A stretch of 64,000 nucleotides of DNA from Chloroflexota bacterium. Its GTDB lineage: Bacteria; Chloroflexota; Anaerolineae; UBA1429. This document shows, piece after piece, positions 18,682-28,011 of the stretch; within the stretch, counting starts at the first letter, position 1; every line of letters starts with the position of its first letter. The stretch is from contig JAAYDC010000012.1 in the NCBI GenBank assembly GCA_012729455.1, positions 78,758 to 142,757 on the forward strand, written 5' to 3'. The translations under genes and the position numbers were made by a program. Below the pieces are notes generated by a model. It was not told where the DNA came from. It saw only the letters and a program-made list of their open reading frames with translations, and made no database searches.

Positions 18682-19352
18682 TGCCAGCCAACACCTATCC
18701 GATCATCGGCCTTGTCCTGACGGTGGCGATCGGCTCGCGCCTGTTGGGGCGCAATGTGGTCTTTCGTGTCGCACTCAGCTTGCTGTTGGGCACCGCCGCC
18801 GGTTATGGCTTGGCAATGCTGCTGCGCGGGGCGCTCGTTCCGCGCATTCAATTGATCATCCAACAGCCAAGGCAGTATTGGCATCTGGGCGTCTTTATGC
18901 TGTTGGGGCTTGGTCTGGTGGTGCAGAGCCTGTGGCCCAAGGCCGCTGTGGACGAGCTGCCGCTGGGAATCCTGGCGGGGGTTGTATCCGCCGTGCTGCT
19001 GGCCGGCGCACTGGCGGGCAGCGGCATCCCGCAGCTGCGTGTTCTGGTGGGTCAGACGCTTCCCGGGATAACGACCTCTGCCTGGCCCGATATCCTGCGC
19101 GCTGGGTTGATGGTCATCGGCACGCTGGCGGTGCTGGCAGCCTTTCACCGCAGCGGCTCGTCTCCATCCGCCAGCCTGGGATGGCTCGCCAAAAGCTGGT
19201 CTTGGCTGGGCCGTACCCTCGGCCGGGGGTTGCTTCTGTTTTCCGGCGGCGCGCTCTACGCCGGTTTGCTGATGGCGCTCTACCGCATTCTGGTGAGCCG
19301 GGTGGATTACCTGCAACAAACCGTCACCAGCATACTGGAGGTGCTGCGATGA
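18678..19352 (+). CDS. polytopic membrane protein, unknown function
   Basis: 224 aa with about 6 hydrophobic helices. GTGATG start overlaps the upstream stop. Confidence 0.6.
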   Translation: MMPANTYPIIGLVLTVAIGSRLLGRNVVFRVALSLLLGTAAGYGLAMLLRGALVPRIQLIIQQPRQYWHLGVFMLLGLGLVVQSLWPKAAVDELPLGILAGVVSAVLLAGALAGSGIPQLRVLVGQTLPGITTSAWPDILRAGLMVIGTLAVLAAFHRSGSSPSASLGWLAKSWSWLGRTLGRGLLLFSGGALYAGLLMALYRILVSRVDYLQQTVTSILEVLR

Positions 19353-21019
19353 GCGACACCCCCGCGCTGCGTACACCGATCCTGGCGGCCGAGATTCATC
19401 GCGACATCACGCGCGTGCATTGGCTGGCCGATATCGAGGGCCGCTACCGCCTGGTAGCAAGCGGCAGCGCGCCAACCACGCTGGATGCCGACCGTGGCGT
19501 GGCAGACGGTTTGCAGCAGGCGCTGCGTAGAATCGAGGAAACCACCCTCTATACTATATTCAGCCCGTCTGGTCGCCCCACTATACCGATGGTGGGCAGT
19601 CCGCCAGCTCAGCTATACTGCTGCAGCGATGCGGCAGCACCCTTGCGCATCACCCTGCTGGCAGCCCAATCCAACGGCAGCCTGGCAAGCGATCAGCGCG
19701 CCTGTCAGCTGCCCTTTTGCGAGGCTCCCAGCATTTATCGCGTCCCCGCTGCCAGCCAGGATGACGACGGACTGGAAGAAACCCTCCTGGCGGGGCCGAT
19801 GGCCGACGTGGTCATCTTTGGCGAGGGGCTGGGCGGCGCCCTGGAACGCCTGGCACGCCGCCTGCTGGCGTTGTATACCAACTTTGCGCGCGATCAGCGC
19901 CCGATTGTGCTATGTGCCGCCGCCCAGCCCGCGCGGCGCAGCCTGCACACGATCCTGGGGGCCGATTTTGACCTGCGACCCATCAACCCGACCGTCCCGA
20001 GCCGCGATGCGATTGATGTAGGCGACTTGCAGCGCGCCCTTGTACGCATTTATGAACAGACCTGCCTGCTCAACCTGCCCGGCTATGAGTATCTTGCCGA
20101 TTGGTGTGCTCAGGCGCCTATCAGCAGCCATCGGGCACTCACTCAAGCCGCCCCCTTTTTACCGGATGCAGCGGGCAAAGCCAATGCATTAATTGTCGAC
20201 CTGCAGGCGGCCACTAGCGCTGTGCTGGAAGTCCCCTCAGGAGCAGCCATCGGCCTGCGCGGCGGTTACCACACCACCCAGGCGTCTGGCCCTGAACTGA
20301 CCCGCTGGCTGCCGTTGGGTTACCCGGCAGACGAGAGCGTATGCGAACGCCTGTACCCCGGCGAAAGCCCTGTGCTGGACGCCGAGACCGAAGCCTGGGC
20401 AACCACAGCCGGCGCACAGCAAGCCCTCTACCAGCTGGGGCAGGCGCTGCGCGAGGATCCTGCCGGGCTTGCATCGCCAGCCAGGAGCGACTATATCGCC
20501 CTGCATGGCGAGCTGCTCGCACAGCCTCAGGGTTGCGCTGCCGCATGGGCTGCCATCCTGAACGGCCTGCAAAGCACTGGCGCAACCCGCGTGGTATTTG
20601 ATGTGCACCACCTGTGGGCAGCCCTGAGCGCCGCTGCCGGCCCAGCAGAGACCGCCGTGAGTGAGGTGCTTGCCCAGCCGGCCATGTCGCAGATGGGATT
20701 GTGTCTGGCGCCCGGAACAAAGGCGCGCGGCAACCGCACCGCTCTGGCGGTGCGCATTACCGACGCTGCCAGCATCGTCACCCAGCACAGCGTGCCGCCC
20801 GCAACCCTAGTGCGCCTGGCTGCGCCGGATGGTCTGATCCGCGCCGAAACCCGCGCGGGCTGGCGCTCTTATCCGAACCAGTCTATACTCGAGTTCCAGG
20901 CTGCTATCGGCCAGCTCGGCCTGGTGCTCGATACACGTCCCCGTCCACTCGAGATTGAACAGGCTGGCCGCTTTTGGCGCATGCGCACGCGGGAGGATTG
21001 GCAAGCCCTCGTTGACTGA
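19349..21019 (+). CDS. large soluble protein of unknown function (possible degenerate GlmL/MutL-like ASKHA fold)
   Basis: Start taken at ATG 19349 (ATGA overlap with the upstream stop). The ORF-track start at 18878 would lie out of frame over the membrane gene. The N-terminus ILAAEIHRDITRVHWLADIEG..LVASGSAPTT...GVADGLQQAL resembles the first strands of GlmL-type proteins. Confidence 0.55.
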   Translation: MSDTPALRTPILAAEIHRDITRVHWLADIEGRYRLVASGSAPTTLDADRGVADGLQQALRRIEETTLYTIFSPSGRPTIPMVGSPPAQLYCCSDAAAPLRITLLAAQSNGSLASDQRACQLPFCEAPSIYRVPAASQDDDGLEETLLAGPMADVVIFGEGLGGALERLARRLLALYTNFARDQRPIVLCAAAQPARRSLHTILGADFDLRPINPTVPSRDAIDVGDLQRALVRIYEQTCLLNLPGYEYLADWCAQAPISSHRALTQAAPFLPDAAGKANALIVDLQAATSAVLEVPSGAAIGLRGGYHTTQASGPELTRWLPLGYPADESVCERLYPGESPVLDAETEAWATTAGAQQALYQLGQALREDPAGLASPARSDYIALHGELLAQPQGCAAAWAAILNGLQSTGATRVVFDVHHLWAALSAAAGPAETAVSEVLAQPAMSQMGLCLAPGTKARGNRTALAVRITDAASIVTQHSVPPATLVRLAAPDGLIRAETRAGWRSYPNQSILEFQAAIGQLGLVLDTRPRPLEIEQAGRFWRMRTREDWQALVD

Positions 21020-21051
21020 GCAACCGCCAACCATCACAAGGAGCAGACAAC

Positions 21052-21885
21052 ATGACCAAGTTCAAGATCGGACACACCGGCATTACCTGGGGATTCAGCA
21101 ACGACATCACCGAACAGGCCATCAAGGATACTGCCGAGCTGGGCTATAACGCTTACGAGACCTTTGGCTCGGTGGTGCAGGATTTCGAGCGTGAACCGGG
21201 CGGATTCACCGCTCTATTAAAGAAATATGACATTCCTCTTTCGGCTGCCTACTGCTACAGCACCTTTTTCGACCCAGCCGACGCCAAAGAAGATATCGAA
21301 CGCGTACTGGGTTGGATCCGTGCCTCGGCCAAGGTCGGGGCAGAGGCGATCGTGCTGCAGGGCGGCAAGCGCGGTCAGCTGCCCTACCCTTATTTCAAGG
21401 AAATGGGCGAGATATTCAACCTCTTTGGCCGCACCGCCAAGGAACTGGGCATGACGACCTCGATCCATCCGCATACCGGCACGATAATCGAGACCGACGA
21501 AGAGATCGACGCGATCCTGGCAGCGGTCGACCCTGACCTGGTTGGTTTTGCTCCCGATACCGGGCAGATCACAGCCGCCGGGTCGGATTGTGTGCGGGTG
21601 CTGCGTGCCTACAAGGACCGCATCAAGCATGTGCACCTAAAGGATTGGGGCGGAGGCAAAGAGACCGGGTATGCCGGCTACGAACGCATCGGTTATGGCG
21701 TGATCGACATGGCGGGTGTGTTCGAGGTGCTGGAAGAGATCAACTATTCCGGGTGGGTGATGGTCGAGCTGGACGGCACCCCGAAAGCCACGCGCCCGCC
21801 GCGCCAGGCCGCTGCAGATAGCCAAGCCTATCTGGAAAAGTTGCTGGGCGATCGTGCGGCGTGGGTCAAGCGCAACCTGAGGTAA
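21052..21885 (+). CDS. sugar phosphate isomerase/epimerase (xylose isomerase-like TIM barrel)
   Basis: 277 aa with GYNAYE, the ...HPH.G... metal motif, HVHLKD and MVELD. Confidence 0.85.
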   Translation: MTKFKIGHTGITWGFSNDITEQAIKDTAELGYNAYETFGSVVQDFEREPGGFTALLKKYDIPLSAAYCYSTFFDPADAKEDIERVLGWIRASAKVGAEAIVLQGGKRGQLPYPYFKEMGEIFNLFGRTAKELGMTTSIHPHTGTIIETDEEIDAILAAVDPDLVGFAPDTGQITAAGSDCVRVLRAYKDRIKHVHLKDWGGGKETGYAGYERIGYGVIDMAGVFEVLEEINYSGWVMVELDGTPKATRPPRQAAADSQAYLEKLLGDRAAWVKRNLR

Positions 21886-21890
21886 CGAAT

Positions 21891-22529
21891 ATGTCAACCA
21901 GTGCATTGCGGGATGTGCCCGTGCTGCTGATGTTGGGTGGGCCGGAATATCACAACACGCCCGAGCATCGCCAGACGCTGATCGAACTGCTGGACTCGGT
22001 GTGTACGCTGGTGGCCCGCGAGGACCTCGACGTGCTTACCCCCAGTGACCTCGCGCCCTTTCGCGTAATCGTCAACTATACAACATTTATGGAGCCAACC
22101 GCTGCCCAGGCTGGCGCCCTCAATAGCGCCGTTTTTCGCGGTACCGGGTTTGTGGGCATCCATGGCGCTACCGCCACCTTTTGGAACTCGCCCGAATACC
22201 TGCGCATGCTGGGCGGCACCTTTATCGTGCACGATGAATTCAAGCGGTTTGGGGTGAACTTTACTTCGGTGCGCTGTGTCGAGGAACACCCCATTACGGC
22301 GGGCATCGAGGATTTCGAGATCGAAGACGAGCTCTATATTGTCGAAGGCGACCAGACCCAGTGGTACATCATCGCGCGCGGTGAGGGGCACCCGCTGCTG
22401 TATACCAAAACCTATGGCAGCGGCCGCGTTCATTACAACGCCCTCGGGCACGACCTGCGCGCTCTGCAGCATCCCAGCTTTCAGCAACTGGTGCTGAACG
22501 CGGTGGCCTGGGCGGCACATCTCGTCTGA
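21891..22529 (+). CDS. ThuA domain-containing protein
   Basis: GFVGIHGATATF, HPITAGIEDFEIEDELY and YNALGHD motifs. Start at ATG 21891, just after the upstream stop. Confidence 0.8.
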   Translation: MSTSALRDVPVLLMLGGPEYHNTPEHRQTLIELLDSVCTLVAREDLDVLTPSDLAPFRVIVNYTTFMEPTAAQAGALNSAVFRGTGFVGIHGATATFWNSPEYLRMLGGTFIVHDEFKRFGVNFTSVRCVEEHPITAGIEDFEIEDELYIVEGDQTQWYIIARGEGHPLLYTKTYGSGRVHYNALGHDLRALQHPSFQQLVLNAVAWAAHLV

Positions 22530-22656
22530 GGCACTTTCAGCCGTGCCTGCGCGCAGGTATAATGACGGCACTTGATACTTTACGTTTCGCACAGTTCACG
22601 ACCAGGAGCCTCTGCCGGCTGGAGAGGCTCCGCAACCACTCAAACCAGGAGGCGAC

Positions 22657-23715
22657 ATGAGCAAGCTTGGAATCGGTATCCTCTCTTTTGCACATGGGCA
22701 CGTGCGCTCGTATGCCAGTTTGATCAAAACCTATGATGATGCAGAGCTGATCTCGTGCTGGGATGACGACGAGGCGCGCGGCCAAGCCGCTGCCGCCGAG
22801 TATGAGATTCCCTATTCACCGCATCTCGAGGATGTGATCAACGACCCGGCGATCAACTGTGTGATGATCGCCAGCGAGACCAACAAGCACGCCGATCTGA
22901 CAGTCGCTGCTCTCGAAGCCGGTAAAAACGTCCTCCTGCAAAAGCCGATGGCGATCACCCTGGCGGATTGCGACCGCATCATCGACGCTGTTGAGCGCAC
23001 CGGTCGGTGGTTTTCGATGGCCTTTCAGATGCGCACCGACCCGCAAAACATAAAGATGAAAGAGATGATCCTGGATGGCTCAATCGGGCGCGTTGGGCTG
23101 ATCCGCCGGCGCCATTGCATCCCGGTGCTCTTTAACAAGGGCTTTGTCGAGGGCCCCAGCAAGTGGCACATCTCGCGCGAGGCCAACCGCGGCATGTTTT
23201 TTGACGATGCCTCCCATCCCTTTGACTGGCTGACGTGGATTTTTGGTACTCGCCCCGCCTCGGTGATTGCCGAGGTCGACAACGTGCTCACCAATGTAGC
23301 CCCCGACGACACCGGCGTGGCAGTATTCCGTTACCCCAGCGGAATGTTTGCCTATGTGGTCAACTCCAGCGTCACCTGGGCGGGCGAAAACACCACCGAA
23401 ATCTATGGCGACAAGGGCGTGATCGTGCAGAATTATGGCGACGCCGTCTCGTGCGGACTGCAGCCGCCCAACCCCGTCGGCATCAAGCTTTATCAGGCGG
23501 ATAAAGCAGCCCTGGGGTGGCAGGATGTCGGCATCCCCACTCCGGCCGGACACGGTGAGCGCATCGCGGGCGTCACGCGCCCCTTTATCAACGCCCTCAA
23601 AGCCGGCGTGCCGATGTGCACCGCCCAAGAAGGCCGTATCTCGATCGAGATGGTGCTGGCGGCCTATCGTTCGGCTGAGACCGGCCAGAGGATCAAGTTC
23701 CCGTTCAGCGAATAA
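22657..23715 (+). CDS. Gfo/Idh/MocA family oxidoreductase
   Basis: N-terminal Rossmann segment GIGILSFAHGH, then NVLLQKPMA. AGGAGG RBS upstream. Confidence 0.9.
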   Translation: MSKLGIGILSFAHGHVRSYASLIKTYDDAELISCWDDDEARGQAAAAEYEIPYSPHLEDVINDPAINCVMIASETNKHADLTVAALEAGKNVLLQKPMAITLADCDRIIDAVERTGRWFSMAFQMRTDPQNIKMKEMILDGSIGRVGLIRRRHCIPVLFNKGFVEGPSKWHISREANRGMFFDDASHPFDWLTWIFGTRPASVIAEVDNVLTNVAPDDTGVAVFRYPSGMFAYVVNSSVTWAGENTTEIYGDKGVIVQNYGDAVSCGLQPPNPVGIKLYQADKAALGWQDVGIPTPAGHGERIAGVTRPFINALKAGVPMCTAQEGRISIEMVLAAYRSAETGQRIKFPFSE

Positions 23716-23740
23716 CCGCATTACTTGATAGGGGCGTCTG

Positions 23741-26700
23741 TTGATACCGTTTACGCATCTGCACGTTCACAGCGAGTTCTCGCTGCTTGACGGCCTGGCG
23801 CATCTGCCAGAGCTGTGCAGGCAAGCCAAGCAGTTGGGCATGAACTCGCTAGCCCTCACCGACCATGGCCAGATGTATGGCATGGTCAAGTTCAAGCGCG
23901 CCGCCGCCGATGCTGACATCAAGCCGATCTTTGGCTGCGAGGTCTATCAGGCGCCGAGGCGCATGGTGGATAAAGAGCCGGGTATGGATAGCCGTGCCTA
24001 TCACCTGGTGCTGCTGGCACAAAACACGGCTGGTTACCGCAATCTGCTCAAGCTGGTGACGCTGGCCAACAAGGATGGCTTTTACTATCGGCCGCGCATC
24101 GACCGCGAGCTGCTGGCTGAGCACGCCGATGGCCTGATCTGCCTGAGCGCCTGCCTGTCGGGGCAGGTAGCAGCGCTGATCAACGAAAAGCGCGACGACG
24201 AGGCGCGCGAGGCGGTAGGCTGGTTCCGCGAGCTGTTTGGGCGCGACCGCTACTACCTCGAGCTGCAGCGCCATACCGGACTGCCCGAGCTGGATGCCGT
24301 CAACGAGCAGCTCGTGCGCCTGGCGCGCGAGTTCGACTTGCGCCTGGTCGCCACCAACGACGTACATTATATCTCCCGCGAGGATGCCAAGTCGCACGAC
24401 TTGCTGCTGGCCATGCAGACCGATACGGTGATGAGCGACCCTAAACGCATGCGCATGGGCAGCGACGACTTTTACCTGATGTCGCCTGACGAGATAGCAG
24501 CGCTCTTCCCCGAGCAGCTCGAGGCGCTTGAAAATACAGCCATGATCGCCGAGATGTGCGATGCCGAGATCATCTCAGAGGGTTACCATCTGCCGCGCTT
24601 TGAAGTGCCGGCTCCTTACACCGCCGAAACTTACCTGCGCGATCTGTGCGAACAGGGCATCAAACGCCGCTACCCGGCGCTGACTCCCGAGATCAGCCAG
24701 CGCCTCGATTACGAGCTCGGCATCATCCACAAGATGGGGTTTGACGACTATTTCCTGATTACCTGGGATGTCGTTAACTGGGCCAAGAATATCGCCAAAA
24801 TGCTGGTAGGGCCGGGCCGCGGATCAGTGGGCGCCAGCATCGTGGCGTACCTGCTGGGGATCACCGAGCTCGAACCGCTCGGGCTGGATCTGCCTTTTGA
24901 GCGCTTCCTCAACCCGAGCCGCAAGAACATGCCGGATATCGATCTCGACTACCCGGAAGACCGGCGCGGAGAAGTGATCGCCTACCTCACTCAGCGTTAC
25001 GGCGAAGAGCGCACCGCCCAGATCGCCGCCTTTGATACCATGGCCGCCAAAGGCGCTGTGCGCGATGTGGGGCGCGCCCTGGAGATCGCCCCTGGGGTGG
25101 TCGACATGGTTACCAAGCTGCTCTCCGGCGACCCCAAAAAGCGCATCGAGGACGAGCTGGAAGAGAATGCCGACCTGCGCTCGGCCTATGAAACCCAGGA
25201 CGATGTCAGGCGCCTGATCGACGAAGCCAGACCCTTGCAGGGCCTGGCACGCCATCTCACCACGCACGCCGCCGGCATCCTGATTGCCGATGAACCGCTG
25301 GTGACCTATGCCCCCATGCAGCGCGCCCCGCATTCAAACGGGGTGCTCTCGCAGTTTTGCATGGAAGATGTCGAGGCCAGCGGCCTGCTCAAACTTGACA
25401 TCTTGGGTCTTTCGACCCTCACCATGATCGACCGCACCTTTCGCTGGATCGAAAAGACGCGTGGCAAAACCTATACTCTCGCAGATGTTCCGCTTGATGA
25501 CCCGGAATCGTACGCCCTGTTATGTTCGGGAGAGGTGACCGGCCTGTTCCAGGTGGAAAGCGAGGGCATGCGCCGCACCCTGCGCGACATGCAGCCCAGC
25601 GAGCACAAGGATATCACCGCGGCGCTGGCGCTCTATCGCCCTGGGCCTATGCAATACATCCCCAACTATATCAACCGCAAGTTTGGGCGTGAGCCGGTGG
25701 AATACCGCCATCCCAAGCTCGAACCGAGCCTTTCCGAGACGTACGGCATCATCGTCTACCAGGAACAGGTCATCCGCCTGGTATCAGACCTGGCCAAGTT
25801 CACCGCCGCCGAGGCAGATATCCTGCGGCGCGCCATCGGCAAGAAAAAGCAAAAGGATATCGACGAACAAAAGGCCAAATTCGTCGCCGGTGCGGTTGCC
25901 AACGGCATCGCCGAACAGACCGCTAATGACATCTTTAGCGACATCGAAAAGTTTGCCAACTATGGCTTTAACAAACCGCATGGTGCCGCCTATGCCATGA
26001 TCACGCTGCAGACGGCTTATTTAAAGGCGCACTATCCGGCCGAGTTCCTGGCGGCGATCATGTCGGTCGAGCGCGACAACCTGACCAAGGTCGCCGGAGT
26101 GATCAACGAATGCCGCCGGCTGAACATCGACGTGCGTCCACCGGATGTGAACCGCTCGGAAGCCGACTTTATCCTCGAGCCGGCCGACCAGGAACCCTCC
26201 TATGCCGGCGAGTTGCCCCTCCTGGGCATCGACGGTTATGCGGTGCGCTATGGCCTGGCAGCCATCAAGAACTGCGGAATGGGGCCGGCCAATGCCATTG
26301 TGCAGGCGCGCGGCGACCAGCCCTTTTCCGATGTGGCCGATTTCGCGCGGCGTGTCGACCTGCGCCTGGTCAACAAACGCTCGCTCGAGAGCCTGATCAA
26401 AGCCGGCGCGCTGGATAGCCTGGGCAGCCGCGGATCGCTTTTGGCCGGCATCGATAGCATCATGGCTGAAAGTCAGCGCTGCCAGCGTGAAAAAGAGTGC
26501 GGCCAGCGCAGCCTGTTCGACCTGGATGACTCCGTGGCCTGTGAGGGTATCACCTTTACCCTGCCGACCGAATACCCCGAGTACAGACACAAGCAGCAGC
26601 TCAGCGAAGAGCGCGTGCTGCTGGGCACCTATCTTTCGGGGCATCCGTTGAATGCACTGCGCCGTCAGCCCGACCAGTCCTATACCCTGGCAAACACCCT

Positions 26701-27238
26701 CGATGACTCTACAGTGGGGCAAAAGGTGTCCCTGGCCGGTGTGATCACCGACAGCCATGTGCACATCACCAAAAAGGGCGACAAGATGGCCTTTGGCACC
26801 TTTGAGGACCTCTCGGGGGCGCTGGACCTGGTCATATTCCCCAGGGCTTATGATGCTGCCAAAGAACTGCTGGAGGATACCGATAAGCTGCTGGTGATCG
26901 AGGGCAAAGCCGATTTTCGCGCCGAAAAACCCCAGGTGATGGTCGATTCGATCAGCGAGTACCTCACCGAAGCGCCCGAGAATGGCCGGCGCGCCAAACT
27001 GATCGACCTTCGCATCGAATTAGGCACCAACAACGGCTCGGGCGAAAGACAGCTGGAGAATGTGCTCAACCTGCTGGCGATCAACAAGGGCGAGGTGCCC
27101 TACCAGTTCTCACTTCTAATGCCGGAAGGGTCGGTTAAGGTGGCGTTTCCGCAAGCCGGCACACAGGTCGATTCGCAGCTCGAACGTCAGTGTATCAACC
27201 TGCTGGGGGCCGATGCCGTGACTATCGAGTGGGACTAA
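23741..27238 (+). CDS. dnaE: DNA polymerase III alpha subunit
   Basis: 1165 aa. PHP motif HLHVHSEFSLLDG, polymerase core (GRGSVGASIVAYLLGIT, PDIDLD), OB-fold C-terminus. TTG start. Confidence 0.95.
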   Translation: MIPFTHLHVHSEFSLLDGLAHLPELCRQAKQLGMNSLALTDHGQMYGMVKFKRAAADADIKPIFGCEVYQAPRRMVDKEPGMDSRAYHLVLLAQNTAGYRNLLKLVTLANKDGFYYRPRIDRELLAEHADGLICLSACLSGQVAALINEKRDDEAREAVGWFRELFGRDRYYLELQRHTGLPELDAVNEQLVRLAREFDLRLVATNDVHYISREDAKSHDLLLAMQTDTVMSDPKRMRMGSDDFYLMSPDEIAALFPEQLEALENTAMIAEMCDAEIISEGYHLPRFEVPAPYTAETYLRDLCEQGIKRRYPALTPEISQRLDYELGIIHKMGFDDYFLITWDVVNWAKNIAKMLVGPGRGSVGASIVAYLLGITELEPLGLDLPFERFLNPSRKNMPDIDLDYPEDRRGEVIAYLTQRYGEERTAQIAAFDTMAAKGAVRDVGRALEIAPGVVDMVTKLLSGDPKKRIEDELEENADLRSAYETQDDVRRLIDEARPLQGLARHLTTHAAGILIADEPLVTYAPMQRAPHSNGVLSQFCMEDVEASGLLKLDILGLSTLTMIDRTFRWIEKTRGKTYTLADVPLDDPESYALLCSGEVTGLFQVESEGMRRTLRDMQPSEHKDITAALALYRPGPMQYIPNYINRKFGREPVEYRHPKLEPSLSETYGIIVYQEQVIRLVSDLAKFTAAEADILRRAIGKKKQKDIDEQKAKFVAGAVANGIAEQTANDIFSDIEKFANYGFNKPHGAAYAMITLQTAYLKAHYPAEFLAAIMSVERDNLTKVAGVINECRRLNIDVRPPDVNRSEADFILEPADQEPSYAGELPLLGIDGYAVRYGLAAIKNCGMGPANAIVQARGDQPFSDVADFARRVDLRLVNKRSLESLIKAGALDSLGSRGSLLAGIDSIMAESQRCQREKECGQRSLFDLDDSVACEGITFTLPTEYPEYRHKQQLSEERVLLGTYLSGHPLNALRRQPDQSYTLANTLDDSTVGQKVSLAGVITDSHVHITKKGDKMAFGTFEDLSGALDLVIFPRAYDAAKELLEDTDKLLVIEGKADFRAEKPQVMVDSISEYLTEAPENGRRAKLIDLRIELGTNNGSGERQLENVLNLLAINKGEVPYQFSLLMPEGSVKVAFPQAGTQVDSQLERQCINLLGADAVTIEWD

Positions 27239-27883
27239 CTAGAGCTGGCGGATCACCCCGATCACGCGCCCCTGGATCTCTAGCTTGGAGGGGTGCACAA
27301 AGATCGGCTCGAGGGTCGGGTTAGCGGGCTGCAGGCACACCAGGGTGCGGTTGCGTTCCCAGTAAAGGTGCTTGAGCGTCATGGCCTTTTCTTCCACCAG
27401 CCAAGCCGCCACCATGTCGCCATTTTGCGCCTGCTGCTGGTGGCGCAGGATCACCAGGTCGCCATCGGCAATCAGGGCATCGATCATCGAGGTACCGCGC
27501 ACTTGCAGGGCATAAACGCCCTCGGCATCTCCCACCAGCTCTTTGGGGACTGCCACCTGCTCGCCTTCGCCCTGCGCAAAGTCACCATCGGCGATCGGCA
27601 GCGGATCGCCCGCCGCGATATAACCCATCATCGGGATCAGGCTCTGCTCGGAGGTTGACTCCTCCTCGACCAGGCGCACTCCGCGCGACACCTCGCGCGT
27701 GCGTGTGAGGTAACCTTTGCGCTGCAGGATGTTCAGGTTATAGCTCACTACCGAAGTCGACGAGATGCCGACATCGCTGCCGATCTGCCGGATCGAGGGC
27801 GGATAACCATATTCGCCGGTGAACTCGCGGATAAAGGCGAGGATGCGTTCCTGGCGGTCGGAAAGGTCGGGATAAGCTGCCAT
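27239..27883 (-). CDS. lexA: LexA repressor
   Basis: wHTH N-terminus (RQERILAFI..GYPPSIRQIG), AAG cleavage site, Ser (VRGTSM) and Lys (MTLKHL) of the S24 dyad. Its stop abuts the dnaE stop with no intervening base. Confidence 0.95.
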   Translation of the reverse strand: MAAYPDLSDRQERILAFIREFTGEYGYPPSIRQIGSDVGISSTSVVSYNLNILQRKGYLTRTREVSRGVRLVEEESTSEQSLIPMMGYIAAGDPLPIADGDFAQGEGEQVAVPKELVGDAEGVYALQVRGTSMIDALIADGDLVILRHQQQAQNGDMVAAWLVEEKAMTLKHLYWERNRTLVCLQPANPTLEPIFVHPSKLEIQGRVIGVIRQL

Positions 27884-27908
27884 ATCTATCCTGCTGCGAT
27901 GATAGCTC

Positions 27909-27937
27909 AGTATAGCTGAACAAATGTTCTATGTCAA
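27909..27937 (-). promoter_or_regulatory. lexA promoter (TTGACA, 17 nt, TATACT on the minus strand)
   Basis: Reverse complement reads TTGACAtaGAACATTTGTTCagcTATACT. Perfect -35, 17-nt spacer, good -10, about 25 nt upstream of the lexA ATG. Confidence 0.65.
27918..27929 (-). promoter_or_regulatory. SOS (Cheo-type) LexA box GAACAAATGTTC
   Basis: Perfect GAAC-N4-GTTC palindrome lying entirely inside the spacer of the lexA promoter. Confidence 0.75.
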
Positions 27938-28011
27938 GTGGCATCTGTTTTTGACTTGCGCCCTGCGAAAGCCTTAACCGGAGGGATTCATTCGTTGCCG
28001 GGGATCATACC

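Noticed and set aside
18878-19348. N-terminal 157-aa extension of the 713-aa ORF.
   Set aside because: It would overlap the polytopic membrane gene in another frame, and its translation is Gly/Arg/Ala-rich. The ATG at 19349 gives a clean ATGA stop/start junction.
22605-22631. Perfect 9-bp hairpin (GGAGCCTCT...AGAGGCTCC) in the leader of the Gfo/Idh/MocA gene.
   Set aside because: It has no U tract and no recognisable riboswitch features. It is probably a simple mRNA stability or structural element, with too little evidence for a functional claim.
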